Shown here one piece after another: positions 1 to 13,762 of a DNA stretch of 64,000 bases. The translations under genes were made by a program, and so were the position numbers. Source of the DNA: Squalus acanthias (taxonomy: Eukaryota); the NCBI GenBank assembly GCA_030390025.1, contig CM059432.1, forward strand, positions 132,310,001 to 132,374,000. The letters are read 5' to 3'. Within the stretch, counting starts at the first letter, position 1; every line of letters begins with the position of its first letter. Under the pieces are notes generated by a model, which saw nothing but the letters and a program-made list of their open reading frames with translations, was not told the origin of the DNA and searched no databases.

Positions 1-811
1 ATATAACAACTGGGTTAGAAGGACAATCTTCAGCAAACCTTCCCCCTCTACCCACCCCCAGAGGGCAGAGCCCAGTGTCATCACACTATGACAGAAGTGC
101 AAAATTACTTTTACCACCAATTTGTGTTTTGTTTTGCAAAAAAAAAGATAATTCAGCTGGAAAAGTGACCTCAGGAGCCCAAATCCTATTGTGCAGCTCA
201 AAAAGTCAACATGACTTTAGCTCAAGAAAGTTACTGAATTTCAATGAGGAAACCAGACAAATTAATACAACGGGGGTCAATTTCCCTGTGGCTTCTCCTG
301 GTCCACCGCTGTAACTTTGGGGGAATCCCTGAAGTTAGTGTCGGAGTGTAAAATTCACCCCCTAGATTACATTTTTTTTTTTAAAAAGCAGCAAGTATGC
401 CATTTTAACACTTCAAAGCAATTCATTGGTTGTGAAGCACTCTGGGACAGTCGGAAGATGTGAACGGCGCGCTGTATACGCACGTTTTTTCCTTCTCTCT
501 ACTTTCTGTCAATTAGGAAACACAACCGTTATGACCAACATTGCTCCAAAAGGTTAAAATAAGTGCAACTTAAATCGACAATTATTAAAGTAAAATAGTC
601 GAGAATGTCACTAGAATGAGGTGAATTGTTGTTACTACTTTTCACAAGAAGCCCTTTACTGATCAACTGAAACAAAATACTCTCTAATTCAGCATTCTTT
701 CTTCCCATGTTTGCCTTCTCTATTTCTCTCCGCGCTTCTCCTTTTTCAGAGCTTCTTCCCTTTAGCGCTCTACTTTACATCCTTCTACAGCTGCAGTTAG
801 CTCAGAGATAT

Positions 812-2720
812 TCAAGGCAAAAGGAGATGGTAATGGGACAGGTTAAGAAACAAAGGATGGCTCTAGATGAAGTGTGAATTGCGCTGGCAGAATGAAAGAC
901 AGCTGCCATGTGGGAGAGAGAAAAAGAAAACACAGACAAAAAAAAGTGTGGAAAAAAAGATAGGGGCCGAGGTTATGATCTGAAATTGTTGAACTCGATG
1001 TTGAGTCCAGAAGGCTGTAAAGTGCCTAATCGAAAGATGAGGTGCTGTTCCTTGAGCTTACGTTGAGCTTCAGTGGAACAGTGTAAGAGGCCGAGGACGG
1101 TGAGGTCAGAGTGGGAGTGGAGCGGAGAATTAAAGTGACAGGCGACCGGAAGCTCGGGGTCCCCCTTACGGACTGAACGGAGATGTTCCGCAAAGCAGTC
1201 ACCCAATCTGCGTTTTGTCTCCCCAATGTAGAGGAGACCACATCGTGAGCAGCGAATACAGTATACTAAATTGCAAGAAGTACAAGTAAATCGCTGTTTC
1301 ACCTGGAAGGGGTGTTTGGGGCCCTGGACAGTGGGAAGGGGGGAGGTATAAGGGCATGTGTTGCATCTCCTGCGCTTGCACGGGAAGGTGCCGGGCGAAG
1401 GGGAAGGGGTGTTGGGGGCGATAGAGGAGTGGACCAGGGTGTCGTGGAGGGAGCGGTCCCTTCGGAATGCTGAAAGGGGAGGTGAGGGGAAGATGTGTTT
1501 GGTGGTGGGATCACGCTGGAGGTGGTGGAGGATGATCCGTTGAATGTGGAGGCTGGTGGGGTGAAAGGTGAGGACAAGGGGAACCCTATCGTGGTTCCGG
1601 GAGGGAGGGGCAGGAGTGAGGGCAGAAGTACGGGAGATAGAATGGACACGGTCAAGGGCCATGTCAACCACAGTAGAGGGGAATCCTCGGTCGAGGAAAA
1701 AGGAAGACATGTCGGAAGCACTAGTATGGAAGGTGGCATCATCAGAGCAGATGCGGCGGAGATGGAGAAACTGGGAGAGTGGAATAGAGTCCTTACAAGA
1801 AGCGGGATGGGAGGAAGTGTAGTCCAGGTAGCTGTGGGAGTCAGTGGGCTTGTAGTGAATGTTTGTCAATAACCTATCCCCAGAGATGGAGACGGAGAAG
1901 TCGAGGAAGGGAAGGGTCGGAGATGGGCCATGTGAAGGTGAGGAAGAGTGGAAATTGGAAGCAAAGTGAATGAAATTTTCTAGTTCAGGGCGAGAGCAGG
2001 AAACGGCACTGATACAGTCATCAAAGTACCGGAAAAAGAGGTGTGGGAGGGGACCGGAGTAGGACTGGAACAAAGAATGTTCCACATATCCCACGAAAAG
2101 GCAAGCATTGCTAGGACCCATGCGAGTTCCCATATGGGATTTGGAGGAAGTGAGTGGAGTCAAAGGAGAAGTTGTTCAAGGTGAGAACAAGTTCAGCCAG
2201 GCGGAGGAGGGTGGTGGCGGATGGGGACTGGTTGGGCCTCTGTTCAAGGAAGAAGCGGAGCGCCCTCAGGCCATCCTGGTGGGGGATGGAGGTGTAGAGA
2301 GATTGTACATCCAGTGAAAAGGAGGCAGTTGGGGCCAGGAAACTGGAAACTGTTAAAGTGGCGGAGGGAGTCGGAAGAGTTGCGGATGTAGGTGGGGAGA
2401 GACTGGACAAGGGGAGAAAAAAAGAGTCGAGATAGGAAGAGATAAGTTCCGTGGGGCAAGAACCGGCTGAAACAATGGGTCTACCAGGGCAGTCCTGTTT
2501 GTGGATCTTGGGAAGGAGGTAGAAACGGGCTGTGCAGGGTTGGGGAACTATGAGGTTGGCGGCCGTGGGGGGGGGGGGGGGGGGGAAGATCCCCAGAGGA
2601 GATGAGGTCAGTGACAGTCTTGGAAACGGTGGCTTGATGTTCGGTAGTGGGGTCATGGTCCAGGCGGAGGTAAGAGGTGGTGTCGGAGAGTTGGTGTTCA
2701 GCTTCCACTAGGTAGAGGTC
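812..2720 (-). mobile_element. Penelope-like retroelement (Neptune-type, family A), 5'-truncated and frameshifted; RT plus GIY-YIG endonuclease
   Basis: Minus-strand ORFs carry FYLLPKIHK..PGRPIVS, DVQSLYTSIP, MGTRMGPS, RYFDD, the Cys linker CKRRRCNTC and GIY-YIG-type LVYCIRC..YIGET. The frame is broken into several ORFs. The 3' UTR is cut off before the ribozyme. Confidence 0.93.
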
Positions 2721-4654
2721 GCCAAACTTTATTTACTAGATAGACTATGTATAGTGAAGCACACTTCAATGCACATTTTACCAGCTAAAATCACGTACTT
2801 AACTCGGCTGTATATGTAACTCATCAGCTATTGAAATCAACGGATGACACATTTTGCTTACAAGTACAAGGGACATAAAAACCAGGTGCTTAAAAAAAAA
2901 ACACATGCAAAACGATGCAAATGAAAAGTCCTCTTTTAAAAAAAAACACACCTTAAAAAGTAGTGAGAAAACTGCAAATTCCTGGAATTATACAGCAGGT
3001 CTGTGAATTAGGTTTTTGATGAGCAGAGTGGGAGTGGGATGGTGGAGCAAGAGCACAAGGAGAGACTCCCTCCTTCCTCACAGACCAGGCACCAAAACGG
3101 TGGCTTTTTGTTTGCATGTCTCCGAAATCAAACGAGTTACAGTAGTTGCAAGTTCATTCAGGGCAGCTTGCAGCCCACCACTGAGTGTCTATCTACTTCC
3201 AACATTAAAAACAGAAAATGCTGGGAATGCATAGGTCACTCACCATCTGTACCAAAAAGATAGTTCTGATGAAGTGTACACACACAAATCATCCCCTTTA
3301 TAGATAGACAGACTTGCTGTGCATTTTCAGCAATTTCTGGTTTTGCCCCCCCAGATTTCCAGCATTTGGAGTTCTGATGTTAACTCATCCGTTCTCTCCA
3401 GAGGCTGACAGACCCGCCGAGAGTTTCCAACACTTTCTCTTTCGGGTTTCCAGCATCTGCAGTTTTTTTGTTTTGTCGTATCTCAAAGCAATTGGCCAGT
3501 AGCCAATGTGACTGAATTTACCATAAGCTGTCAATCAGACTTTAAAGATACCAGGTATCTCGGTAAATTGGCAGCGATTAACATTAGTTGGTCTTAAAAT
3601 GTGTGAATAATGGGCTGAAGTGAGATCCGTGCACTTAAGGCAAGTGAATGGCCCATCATGAAAAGCTGGGGGAAAATCTCTACAAACGATGCATTTTAAA
3701 ACTGCATTTAATGAGAACATTTGACAGTGAAAAAAGTGTCAGGATTCGGAAAAAGTGCACATTTAATTGGGCTTCTCATATAAAATGGACAATTCTACCG
3801 AGGCAATCGTACCTCCCCTTGCAGAAAGGAGGCCACCAGCTATTTTCCCCCAACAAGTAGCTCTTTGGGAAAGAAGGTCTATCCAAAGCTATGTAATCAC
3901 ATACATACTAGCCTAAAAAACTAGTGAAAGCTGACCCAGTCGTCACCCCCCCCCCCCCCCCCCCTCCCATCATAACCACCACTCCTAGCTGCTGTTTGGG
4001 TCCCTTCCCTTCAATACCATCCATTTCCTCATCATTCTTTAAGCCCTCACCCGGTCAGTCCTGCTGCTAATGCACTGGACCAGGCCACACATCCCTCCCC
4101 ATCCTTTCTCAGCACAGTAGACAGCATCTCCTGTCCTTGCGAGAGTCCCCATCTACAGTACAGAGAAGCCACAATCTCTGCCATTAGTACTCGGAGCAGT
4201 GATGAGGGGAGTGCAAGGACTCAATCTGGTGCATTAGCAGCTGGACTCAAGCCTAGTTCGTGCTGATGTTTGCCAACAAACAGTAACACTGTGGCTGGGC
4301 CCTCCAAACACTGAACATCAGCAGGAAACATTAAAAGTTGCCAGCAATGAAGTCATAATTAATTGGGTCTGTTGAAATCATGTGGTTCTTATCAAGTCAT
4401 CCAGTCACAGAATGCATCCAGTGAACCTTCAGACACCACACGGTGGTGCTCCAAGGCCACAAATATCTAATCTTGGACAAGCAGTCAGAGTCTCTGCCCA
4501 ACAATCTGAAATATCATAGCCTTATGTACGGCATTTTGCAAGGCCTAGCATATCAACAAGGTCTGCTGACCTGCTCATCCTGGACACCAGGGGATCAAAC
4601 AAAATGACGATGTACCGCTGCACCCCACTGGAACAGCAGCTGCCAGCCTCAAGA

Positions 4655-5045
4655 GATCATAGAATCATACAGCACAGATGGGGGCCATTCGGCCCATCGT
4701 GCCTGTGTCGGCTCTTTGAAAGAGCTATCCAATTAGTCCCACTCCCCTGCTCTTTCCTAATAACTGTGCAATTTTTACTTTTACAAGTATTTATCCAATT
4801 CCCTTTTGAAAGTTACTATTGAATCTGATTCCACTACCCTCTCAGAAAGTGCATTCCAGATCGCAACATAAATATTCTCATCGCCCCCTCTCGTTCTTTT
4901 GACAATTACCTTAATTGTCCTCTGGTTACTGACCCTCATTGCTAGTGGAAACAGTGTCTCCATATTTACTCTATCAAAAACCTCCATGATTTTGAATGTT
5001 TCTATTAAATCTCCCCTTAACCTTCTCTGCTCCAAGGAGAACATG
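4655..5045 (-). mobile_element. CR1/HER1-type LINE 3' fragment
   Basis: ORF FSLEQRRLRGDLIETFKI and an ATTCTATG-type tail. Confidence 0.85.
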
Positions 5046-5454
5046 TTCAATTAGACATCAAAAAATTACCAAGCTTATTTTTGCTGTAAATATTTAATTG
5101 TAAAACCATGATACTATAAGTCACACTTTAATGGACCTATGGCTTCCACATATAAATGGAAGACATAAAGGTTTTACTATACTTGCATTTTGAATATTTA
5201 TTTTTAAGACTACTGATGACAGGTATGTTGCAGCACAGCAGACCACGAACAGTTTTGGTCACTGCCACTACTGACCGTGTACCAAATCAGAATACAGGTG
5301 TCTCCCATTGCATTCCATTGTCTTGCACTCTGTAAATCTTGCATATGATGTGAACTGCTTTCAATATAAAGCTTTCACTTTCTCAAAATGTTCCTCCACC
5401 TGAATGCCCTTCTTCGAGAAACTATTTAAACCACCCTCAAGAAAATAAAAGTAG

Positions 5455-6675
5455 TGTGAGGTAATGCATTTGGGGAGGGCTAACAAGGCAAGGGAATACA
5501 CAATAAATGGTAGGATATTGAGAAGTGTAGAGGAACAGAGGGACCTTGGAGTGCATGTCCACAGATCCCTGAAGGTAGATAAGGTGGTTAAGAAGGCATA
5601 CGGGATGCTTTCCTTTATTAGCCGAGGAATAAAATATAAGAGCAGCGAGGTTATGCTAGAACTGTGTAAAACACTAGTTAGGCCACAGCTAGAGTACTGT
5701 GTACAGTTCTGGTCACCACATTACAGGAAAGATGTGACTGTACTAGAGAGGGTACAGAGGAAATTTATGAGGAGATTTATGAGGATGTTGCCAGGACTGG
5801 AGACTTTTAGCTATGAGGAAAGACTGGATAGGCTGGGGCAACACGGTGGCATAGTGGTTAGCACTGGTGCTTCACAGCGCCAGGGACCCGGGTTCGAATC
5901 TGACCTCGGGTGACTGTCTGTGTGGAGTTTGCACATTCTCCCCGTGTCTGCGTGGGTTTCCTCCGGGTGCTCCGGTTTCCTCCCACAGTCCAAAAATGTG
6001 CGGGTTAGGTTGATTTGGCTATGATAAATTGACCCTTAGTGTTAGGGGGGGATTAAATATGTGGGGTTATGGGGATAGGATGGGATATGTTAGGGGGAAT
6101 TAAATACGTGGGGTTACGGGGATAGGTGCAGGCTCGATGTGGGGATTCTGTGTGAGAAAGCAGGGACAGGGTACTGGATTTGGATGATCAGCCATGATCG
6201 TATTGAATGGTGGAGCAGGCTCGACGGGCCGAATGGCCTACTCCTGCTCCTAGTTTCTATGTTTCTATGTTTTCTTTGGAACAGAGGAGGCTGAGGGGAG
6301 ACTTAATTGAGGTGTATAAAATTATGAGTGGCCTAGATAGAGTGGTTAGGAAGGACCTATTTCCCCTTGCAGAGAGGTCAATACCCTCTAGATTTAAAGT
6401 AATTGGTAGAAGGATTAGAGGGGAGTTTTGGAGAATTTTTTTTTTATCACCCAGAGGGTGGTGGGGGTCTGGAACTCACTGCCTGAAAGGGTGGCAGAGG
6501 CAGAAACCCTCATCACATTTAAAAAGTGCTTGGATGTGCACTTGAAGTGCCGTAACCTGCAGGGCCACGGACCAAGAGCTGGAAAGTGGGATTAGGCTGG
6601 ATAGCTCTTTTCCGGCCGGCACAGACACGATGGGCCAAATGGCCTCCTTCTGTGCCATAAACCTCTACGATTCTA
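5455..6675 (+). mobile_element. CR1/HER1-type LINE 3' fragment, interrupted by an HE1 SINE
   Basis: [15 protein letters not shown]...YEERLDRLG stops at about 5835 and resumes as FSLEQRRLRGDLIEVYKI after about 6270. Confidence 0.9.
5836..6270 (+). mobile_element. HE1-type V-SINE (tRNA head, V-domain, CR1-derived tail)
   Basis: A box TGGCATAGTGG, B box GGTTCGAATC, V-domain GTGTGGAGTTTGCACATTCTCCCCGTGTCTGCGTGGGTTTCCTCCGGGTGCTCCGGTTTCCTCCCACAGTCC, and a CR1-like 3' tail. Confidence 0.88.
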
Positions 6676-6959
6676 TGAAAAGCTTGCAGGTTTCAAATAC
6701 AGTAAGTCATTTCAAAACTGGCAAACACCAATTTACTTTTAAAAACCATAAATGTTCGAGATTGAAAAATCACTTGCTAAAGCTTTGCACAATATACACA
6801 GGAGATGTTTAATCTCCTCCCCACATTCCCAATAGAGAAAAAGATTTGGCCTATCCATAGATGACACTGAATAAAGTTGGCCAGTAGTACTGACAACGAA
6901 ATAAAGCACCTGTGACACTCACAGGAAGCTGGCAAGTCAACTTCAAAACTAAAACTATC

Positions 6960-7395
6960 AGGAAAGACTGAACAGGCTGGGGCTCTTTTCTCTGGAAGAG
7001 AGAAGGCTGAGGGGTGACCCAATAGAGGCCTTTAAAATTATGGAGGGGTTCGATAGGGTAGAGGTATAGAAAACGTTTCCACTTGGGGGGAATCCAAAAC
7101 TAGGGGTGATCAATATAAGATAGTCACTAATAAATCTAGTAAGAAATTCAGAAGAAACTTCTTTACCCAGAGAGTGGTGAGAATGTGGAACTCGCTACCA
7201 CAGGGAGTGGTCGAGGCGAATAGCATAGATGCATTTAAGGGGGAGCTGGATAAATACATGAGGGAGAAAGGAGTAGAAGGTTATGCTGACAGGGTTAGAT
7301 GAAGAGGGGTGGGAGGAGGCTCGTGTGGAGCATAAACACCAGCATGGACCAGTTGGGTCAAATGGCCCGTTTCTGTGCTGTACATTCTATGTAAA
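6960..7395 (+). mobile_element. CR1-type LINE 3' fragment
   Basis: Contains TTCTTTACCCAGAGAGTGGTGAGAATGTGGAAC; homologous to 27380-27810 and 60390-60550. Confidence 0.8.
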
Positions 7396-8276
7396 CTCAT
7401 TTGAGAAATGAAACAATTCTAATTTACTTAATTTCCTTAGCTATGCCTTAAGCAGACGGACTGGATTACCGGTATATGCCCTTTGGTGTGGGAAGGATGA
7501 TAAATTTTGATTTGCCTTGGAGTAATGCAGTGTTTAAATCATTCTTGCTGGGAGATTGTTCCGTGTGAGTAAACAAACCAAGTCTTCTTTCAATGGAAAT
7601 TGGATTGCCCACATATCAAAGTTCCATTACAGCAATGCGATTCTTGGTGTGCGAACAGTTGGTTCAGAGATTGATGCTACATTTATATTGCAGTGACGCT
7701 GCTGAGTGCAACCTTGACTTTGGCTATTACAAATCAGGAGGCATGGGGAATCAAGGGATATGGGGATCAGGCAGGAAAGTGGAGTGGAGGTCGATGATCA
7801 GCCATGATCTTATTGAATGGCGGAGCAGGCTCGAGGGGCCGTATGGCCTGCTCCTGATTCTTATCTTCTTATGTTTCCAGGGCCCATGAGCTGACTGAGT
7901 GCTCAGCCTGCCAGTAGAGGCCAACAATGCACACTGTCCGCTGCAAGCCTGTATGGACCTTTCTGCAACAGCAGGGAAGATCCATGGCCTGAAATTCTAA
8001 AGTGGTGATTGAGATGTTAGAACAGTTACGCATGGGTAGCCGTTCTGTGTTTCCACCAATGTTCTGGAATCTATCCTGCCATGTAGAAACTCCGGTGCAA
8101 TAAAACCACTCAAAAATATTCAGATTGCAGTAGCTCGATTAAATAAGGAACAACTGTGAAAACTGGGCGAGGCCACCCTGCTAACTGTGACAGGTGTGGG
8201 GGCGCCGACATCCTCATTCAGGAAAGCTTTTGGACGTGGAAAGGATTTGTTGAGAGCGTGAGGCTGGAACACTGAC

Positions 8277-8335
8277 CTGATCTGCCTCCTGCTCCCTCTG
8301 CTGGATTCTGTTCGTAATGCGGCCTGCAGCTTCCA
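8277..8335 (-). CDS. BLOC1S5: BLOC1S5 (Muted) coding exon 4
   Basis: tttttttcag|TG GAA GCT...GAT CAG|gtcagt; 59 nt; (L)EAAGRITNRIQQREQEADQ matches the LQAANDSVCRLQQREQERKK segment of BLOC1S5; phase fits exon 3. Confidence 0.88.
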
Positions 8336-8559
8336 CTGAAAAAAACCCAAGCACAAAAAAGTCTGTGAACAGTCAGCATTGGGGAAATGTTAGGAGTGAG
8401 ATTTATGTTCAGCAAGACGGCACAGCCATTGAAACATACGAGGCTATTTTTCACACTGGCGTGTATCGACATAGGCTACGCAGCAACTCTTGCTGTGTAT
8501 GGTACTAGGGGTGAAAGCAGGCCTCCTGTAATTCACCCAACCGTTTATTCTTCACACGC

Positions 8560-9345
8560 AAGGGAGGAAGAATATAAAAACAGAATATTTTTTAAATGGT
8601 GAGAAACTTTCAAATGTTAGTGTTCAGAGAGATCTAGGTGTCCTCGTGCAAGAAACACAGAAAGCTAGCATGCAGGTACAGCAAACAATAAGGAAGGCAA
8701 ATGGCATGTTGGCCTTTATTGCAAGGGGGTTGGAGTACAAGAGTAAGGAAGTCTTGCTACAATTGTACATGGCCTTGGTGAGACCACACCTGGAGTACTG
8801 TGCAGAGTTTTGGTCTCCTTATCTAAGGAAGGACATACTTACCTTGGAGGCGGTGCAACAAAGGTTCACTAGATTAATTCCTGGGATGGGAGGGCTGTCC
8901 TATGATGAGAGATTATGTAGAATGGGCCTATACTCTCTGGAGTTTAGAAGAATGAGAGGTGATCTCATTGAAACATACACGATTCTGAAGGGGATTGACA
9001 GGGTAGATGCTGAGAGGTCGTTTTCCCTGGCTGGAGAGTCTAGAACTAGGGGACATAGTCTCAGGATAAGGGGTTGGCCATTTAAGACTGAGATGAGGAG
9101 ATTTCTTCACTCAGAGGGTTGTGAATCTTTGGAATTCTCTGCCCCAGAGGGCTGTGGATGCTGAGTCTTTGAGTATATTCAAGGCTGAGATCGATAGATT
9201 TTTGGACTCTAGGGGAATCAAGGGACATGGAGATCGGGCGGGAAAGTGGAGTTGAGGTCGATGAGCAGCCATGATCTTATTGAATGGCGGAGCAGGCTCG
9301 AGGGGCCGTATGGCCTACTCCTGCTCCTATTTCTTATGTTCTTAT
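8560..9345 (+). mobile_element. CR1/HER1-type LINE 3' fragment
   Basis: [15 protein letters not shown]...LVRPHLEYC...RRMRGDLIETY and the CR1 3' UTR. Confidence 0.9.
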
Positions 9346-9512
9346 CCAAGCATAGGAACTCCAGAGGAGGATATCACAGCTAACCCGGATCCATTCTTCT
9401 GACATTCACACGTGCGATTTACAAATGTAGTCACTGGACTACAAGCACGAGTGAAAATCCAAGCCAATTCCTCCACCCCTCCCTTCAGCCTGGGGAAAGA
9501 AAGACCAACTGT

Positions 9513-9968
9513 GTCAACCGTGGTTCAGTTGGTAGCACGGAGTCAGGAGGTTGTGGGTTCATAGTCCCACTTCAGACACTTGAGCACATAATCCAGGCTG
9601 ACACTCCAGTGCCGTGCTGAGGGACTGCTGCACTGTCGGAGGTGCCATCTTTTGGATGAGACGTTAAACTGAGGCCCCGTCTGCCCTCTCAGGTGAACGT
9701 AAAAGATCCCATGGCGCTATTTTGAAGAGGAGCAGGGGAGTTATCCCCGGTGTCCAGGGCCAATATTTATCCCTCAACCAACATCACTAAAAATAGAATA
9801 TCTGGTCATTATCACATTGCTGTTTGTGGGAGCTTGCTGTGCGCAAATTGGCTGCCACGTTTCCTACAATACAACAGTGACTGCATTTCAAAAAGTACTT
9901 AATTGGCTGTAAAGCGCTTTGGGATGTCCGGTGGTCGTGAAAGGCGCTATATAAATGCCAGTCTGTCT
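9513..9968 (+). mobile_element. DeuSINE (SacSINE1/AmnSINE1-like)
   Basis: tRNA-like head, Deu-domain GATGAGACGTTAAAC.GAGGCCCCGTCTGCCCTCTCAGG...AAAAGATCCCATGG, and L2-like tail AAAGGCGCTATATAAATGC. Confidence 0.8.
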
Positions 9969-12284
9969 TACCTTTGGTTAACAAAACTCTTCAATCTCAG
10001 ATTTAAAATTAATAATTGATCTTGCATCAATTGCCTTTTGCGGAAAAGAGTTCCAAACTTCTAGCACCCTTTGCGTGTAGAAGTGTTTCCTAACTTCACT
10101 CCTGAAACCCATGTACAATCCCACAGGAGATTGGCTTGTAATATATTAAGTATGCAAGTTCCACTATGGAAAATGCCATTCTAAAAATGTCCACATTTCT
10201 GTAACCCTTGGCTGTGACTCTAGATAGTGCTGTGTAGGAGTTTTCCAATTGTCACACCTTTGGAAAAAATAAAAAACAATCATTTCTTTTGCTCAGTAAC
10301 AAACTGAAGGGGGTGTTAGGAGACATGGATAGAAAAGGGTCAAGATGTAGTTTAAAGAACAGCAGAGAATCCCATGTATTTGCTTTCTCTACTGAAGTAC
10401 TTGAGTGGGCCTCTGCTTCTAATGCTCGAGACTCTGATAGCAAAACCGCACCTGGTGCCATTAGACACTAGCCCGCTGATACCCAATTGAAGGATGGTTG
10501 GGTGACATTGGGAAGAACAAGTTAAGAGGGCAGAGAAAATGGAGAAGGGCAGCACGGTGGAATGCAAAATCAACCTCGGCCACATCAATCAATAGAAGCA
10601 ATGTAGATCACACATTAGTCACTGTAGTTAGTAGTGTGTAGTTTCCCATATATGGGTATTTTGATGAGGAGCTTGCAGCTCAGAATGATGAAAAAAAAGG
10701 TGTCAAAGTGAAACAGGAATTTGGACTTGACCTGGGAAGTTTGAGCTCAAGGACTGTTTGCTCGATATATAACTCATTTCCCCCTGAATCAAGTTCGCTT
10801 GATTTGTAAGTACTTCACCATATTTGGAGGATTCAACTTTGAACAAACAAAACTTTGCCAGTGAGCATATTGCCTTACCGTCGCTGAATGAACTCACACA
10901 AAGCTAGCTAGCTAACATGTGACTGAGGGAGGGAATGAATGGTGGATGGATTAGAGGCATGCGGTGGGATTGAGGAGGGCGATCGGGAAAATGGGAATGA
11001 TTTGGCAGGGGGCCGGGAATTTTGAGGGAAAAGGTAAAGCAGGAGTGGGTAAAGTGCGGCAAGAAAGAACAGACAGAAGGAGGCAGGGCGCAGGGAGAGG
11101 GTAGCAGGAGATGGCAAAGGATACATCAAGAGGAGCAATGGGAACGCGACAAAGAGAAAGTTAGGTGGTACGAGGGAAATGGCAAGGCAAAGGGTAAGGA
11201 GGCAGCGAAGGGGAGGAAAGGAGGAGAATGCAGAGGGGCAGCAGAAGATGCAGCCTGCAGATGTAGGGGCCTCCTTCTTCACCAAAGACCAACTTAACCA
11301 AGCCAAGGAATGGTTCCCAAAAGGAAGTGCCCTGATCTGCTCAGCTTCTGCACTGGATGATCAAAAATGCTGGCAAGGGGCGTGGCCAAAAGTTGATAAG
11401 CTGCCCCCAGAGACTGCAACCCGTCACTGCCTAGCCACGTGGAACATTGTCTTGCTGTCCCCTGCACATCAGGCATGCGGTGACAGCATTGGTAAACTAC
11501 CAATTATTCGTTGCATATACAGCATGGGAAAAATTACCCAAACACAGAGCCTCAGTCGTGACAGATGGTGCAGCCTACTGACCGGAGGTATCCTGGCAAA
11601 AAAAAAAAATGGAGATGGGGCAACAGTACTGAGTACAGGAAATCCCTCCACCGAGAGTCGAACGGCGTGGAGAGCATTTCCAAGAGGCAGCCCAAATTAT
11701 CAGTAGAGGTGCCCAAGTGGTGGGGAGAGGGGAAAAGGAGGGAGGGAGGGGGGGGGGGGGGGGCAATTCTAGTTGACTGGAGGGGAGATCAGGTGGAACC
11801 AGTCCATTCTGTAGAGCCCTCTCAATGCATCAGAGTCAGAGTGCAGACCTTATTTATTGGAGTAAGTCAGCAGCAAAATGGACGTACTGGAAAAATGTCC
11901 ACACAGCGAACCTCTCCAGTGACATCTGGCATATCTCCGAGTCTGGTAACCTTTGCAGATAGGTAGCAAATCTCTTCAGCTGCATGCTGGTAGAATAAGG
12001 CATGCACGGATGGGAACTACAAAGGATCAGCTAAGCAGTTATCGTTGCTTAGGAGAGTTTGTGCTCCAGACCTTCAGCTAGTCCCAGCGAAGTTTTACAG
12101 CAAAAGAATTCAAACATCTCCCATGAAGTAAAGGAGAAAGTCACAAACAGGACTGGACGATACAGTGGATTAGACAGTTAGCCTATCATCTCTGGGATCG
12201 GAGTTCAAACACAGCTCAACAGATGTGGTAAAAGTTCCTGACCCCCCCCCCCCCCCCCCCAAAGTCACTGTGCTGGGTAGATGA

Positions 12285-12600
12285 TCATAGAATGATACAG
12301 CACAGGAGGCCATTCAGCCCATCGTGCCAGTGCTGGCTCTTTAAAAGAGCTATCCAATTAGACCCACACCCCTGCAAATCTTATCCAATTCCCTTTTGAA
12401 AGTTACTATTGAATCTGCTTCCACCAACCTTTCAGGCAGTGGATTCCAGATTACAACAGCTTGCTGCATAACAAAATATTCTCTTCATCGTCCCTCTGGT
12501 TCTTTTGCCAATCACCTTAAATCTGCGTCCTCTGGTTACTGACCCTTCTGCCACGAGAAACAGTTTCTCCCTATTTACTCTATCAAAACCTCTCACAATG
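12285..12600 (-). mobile_element. CR1-type LINE 3' fragment
   Basis: GFDRVNREKLF..TRGRRFKVIGKRTRG. Confidence 0.8.
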
Positions 12601-12646
12601 TTTAAGTTACAAAATATATATATCCCGTTAAAATTTGTAAACTTAC

Positions 12647-12776
12647 GCCTGGCAAGAATGCTCGGAATGTTGCTGCTCAACGACTCGAGGGTCTTGGGAA
12701 GGGTCTGGTCATTGAGCTCCACCATCAGATTGTTCACGTTTTCCAGCCCCTTTTTCTCTCGAAAGCCACGCTTCTC
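12647..12776 (-). CDS. BLOC1S5: BLOC1S5 coding exon 3
   Basis: aaag|GAG AAG CGT...GCC AGG C|gtaagt; 130 nt; EKRGFREKKGLENVNNLMVELNDQTLPKTLESLSSNIPSILAR matches EKRGLREMRVLENLKNMIHETNEHTLPK. Confidence 0.93.
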
Positions 12777-13087
12777 CTTTTGATTAAAAAAAAAAGCGAT
12801 AGATATAAAAATACAAAGTTTTTACCTGTTCTAAAAAGTAAGCAATCTTACTTAGGATTGTTTGCGCAACAAACAAAATGAAGGCAGGTTGCAATCGATA
12901 CTGCAACGCACAGGGACAGGAAGGAGTGTGAAACACCATCACAGCACAAAAGGAATATAAAGTAAAACCATTAGGACTTAAAAAAAAAAACGTTTCTGAA
13001 GACGAAATGAAAGGCTGAGTATTGTTACATTCATAAATGATTGGGGTAATTTGTGGCCAAAAGCAATTATTGTTCATACTTCACAAT

Positions 13088-13450
13088 TTTTTTAAATTCG
13101 TTTATGGGATGTGGGTGTTGCTCATTCCTAATTGCCCGAGAAGGTGGTGGTGAGCTGTCTTAAACCGCTGCAGTCCTTGTGGTGAAGGTACTCCCACAGT
13201 GCTGTTAGGGAGGGCGTTCCAGGATTTTGAACCAGCGACGATGGAGGAATGGCGATATATTTCTAAGTCAGAATGGAGAGAGACTTGGAGGTGATGGTGT
13301 TCCTATGCTCCTGCTGCCCTTGTCCTTCGAGGCAGTAGAGGTCGTGTGTTGGGGAGGTGCAGTCGAAGAAGCCTGGGCGAGTTGCTGCAGTGCACCTTGT
13401 AGATGGCTCACACTGCAGCCACTAAATACCCTAAACTTCACACCAGTGAC
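13088..13450 (-). mobile_element. 3' end of a third LINE family (see 41408-42620) fused to a non-LINE head; probable SINE-like derivative
   Basis: Homologous to 41408-41785 and shares a non-LINE 5' junction with the copy at 62475. Confidence 0.7.
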
Positions 13451-13762
13451 AGAAGGGTAACTAGAGGACACAGATTTAAAGTGATTGGCAAAAGAACCAG
13501 AGATGACATGAGGGAACATTTTTTTTTTTTTTAAAATAAACGCAGCGTGTTATGATCTGGAATGCACGGCCTGAAAGGGTGGTGGAAACAGATTCAAATA
13601 GTGGCTTTCAAAAGGGAATTGGATAAATACTTGAAGGAAAACAAATTACAGGGCTATGAGGAAAGAGCAGGGGAGTGGGACTAATTGGATAGCTCTAACA
13701 AAGAGCCAGCACAGGCACGATGGGCTCAATGGCCTTCTTCAGTGCTGAATCATTGTATGATT
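13450..13762 (+). mobile_element. CR1-type LINE 3' fragment
   Basis: AGAGGACACAGATTTAAAGTGATTGGCAAAAGAACC motif shared with the other CR1 copies. Confidence 0.8.

Noticed and set aside
272..362. Tiny Harbinger-like MITE (GGGGGTCAATTT / AAATTCACCCCC)
   Set aside because: The TIR-like ends are present, but there is no TSD or second copy, so it was not listed as a feature.
5840..5910. tRNA gene
   Set aside because: It is the tRNA-derived head of the HE1 SINE, continuing directly into the V-domain.
1..8270. BLOC1S5 final exon
   Set aside because: No convincing match. A VEEHFEKVKALY* stretch near 5370-5410 is too weak, and the exon is probably left of the window.
11900..11990. Harbinger transposase remnant (SDIWHISES..CR*VANLF)
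   Set aside because: Too short and not supported by neighbouring motifs.
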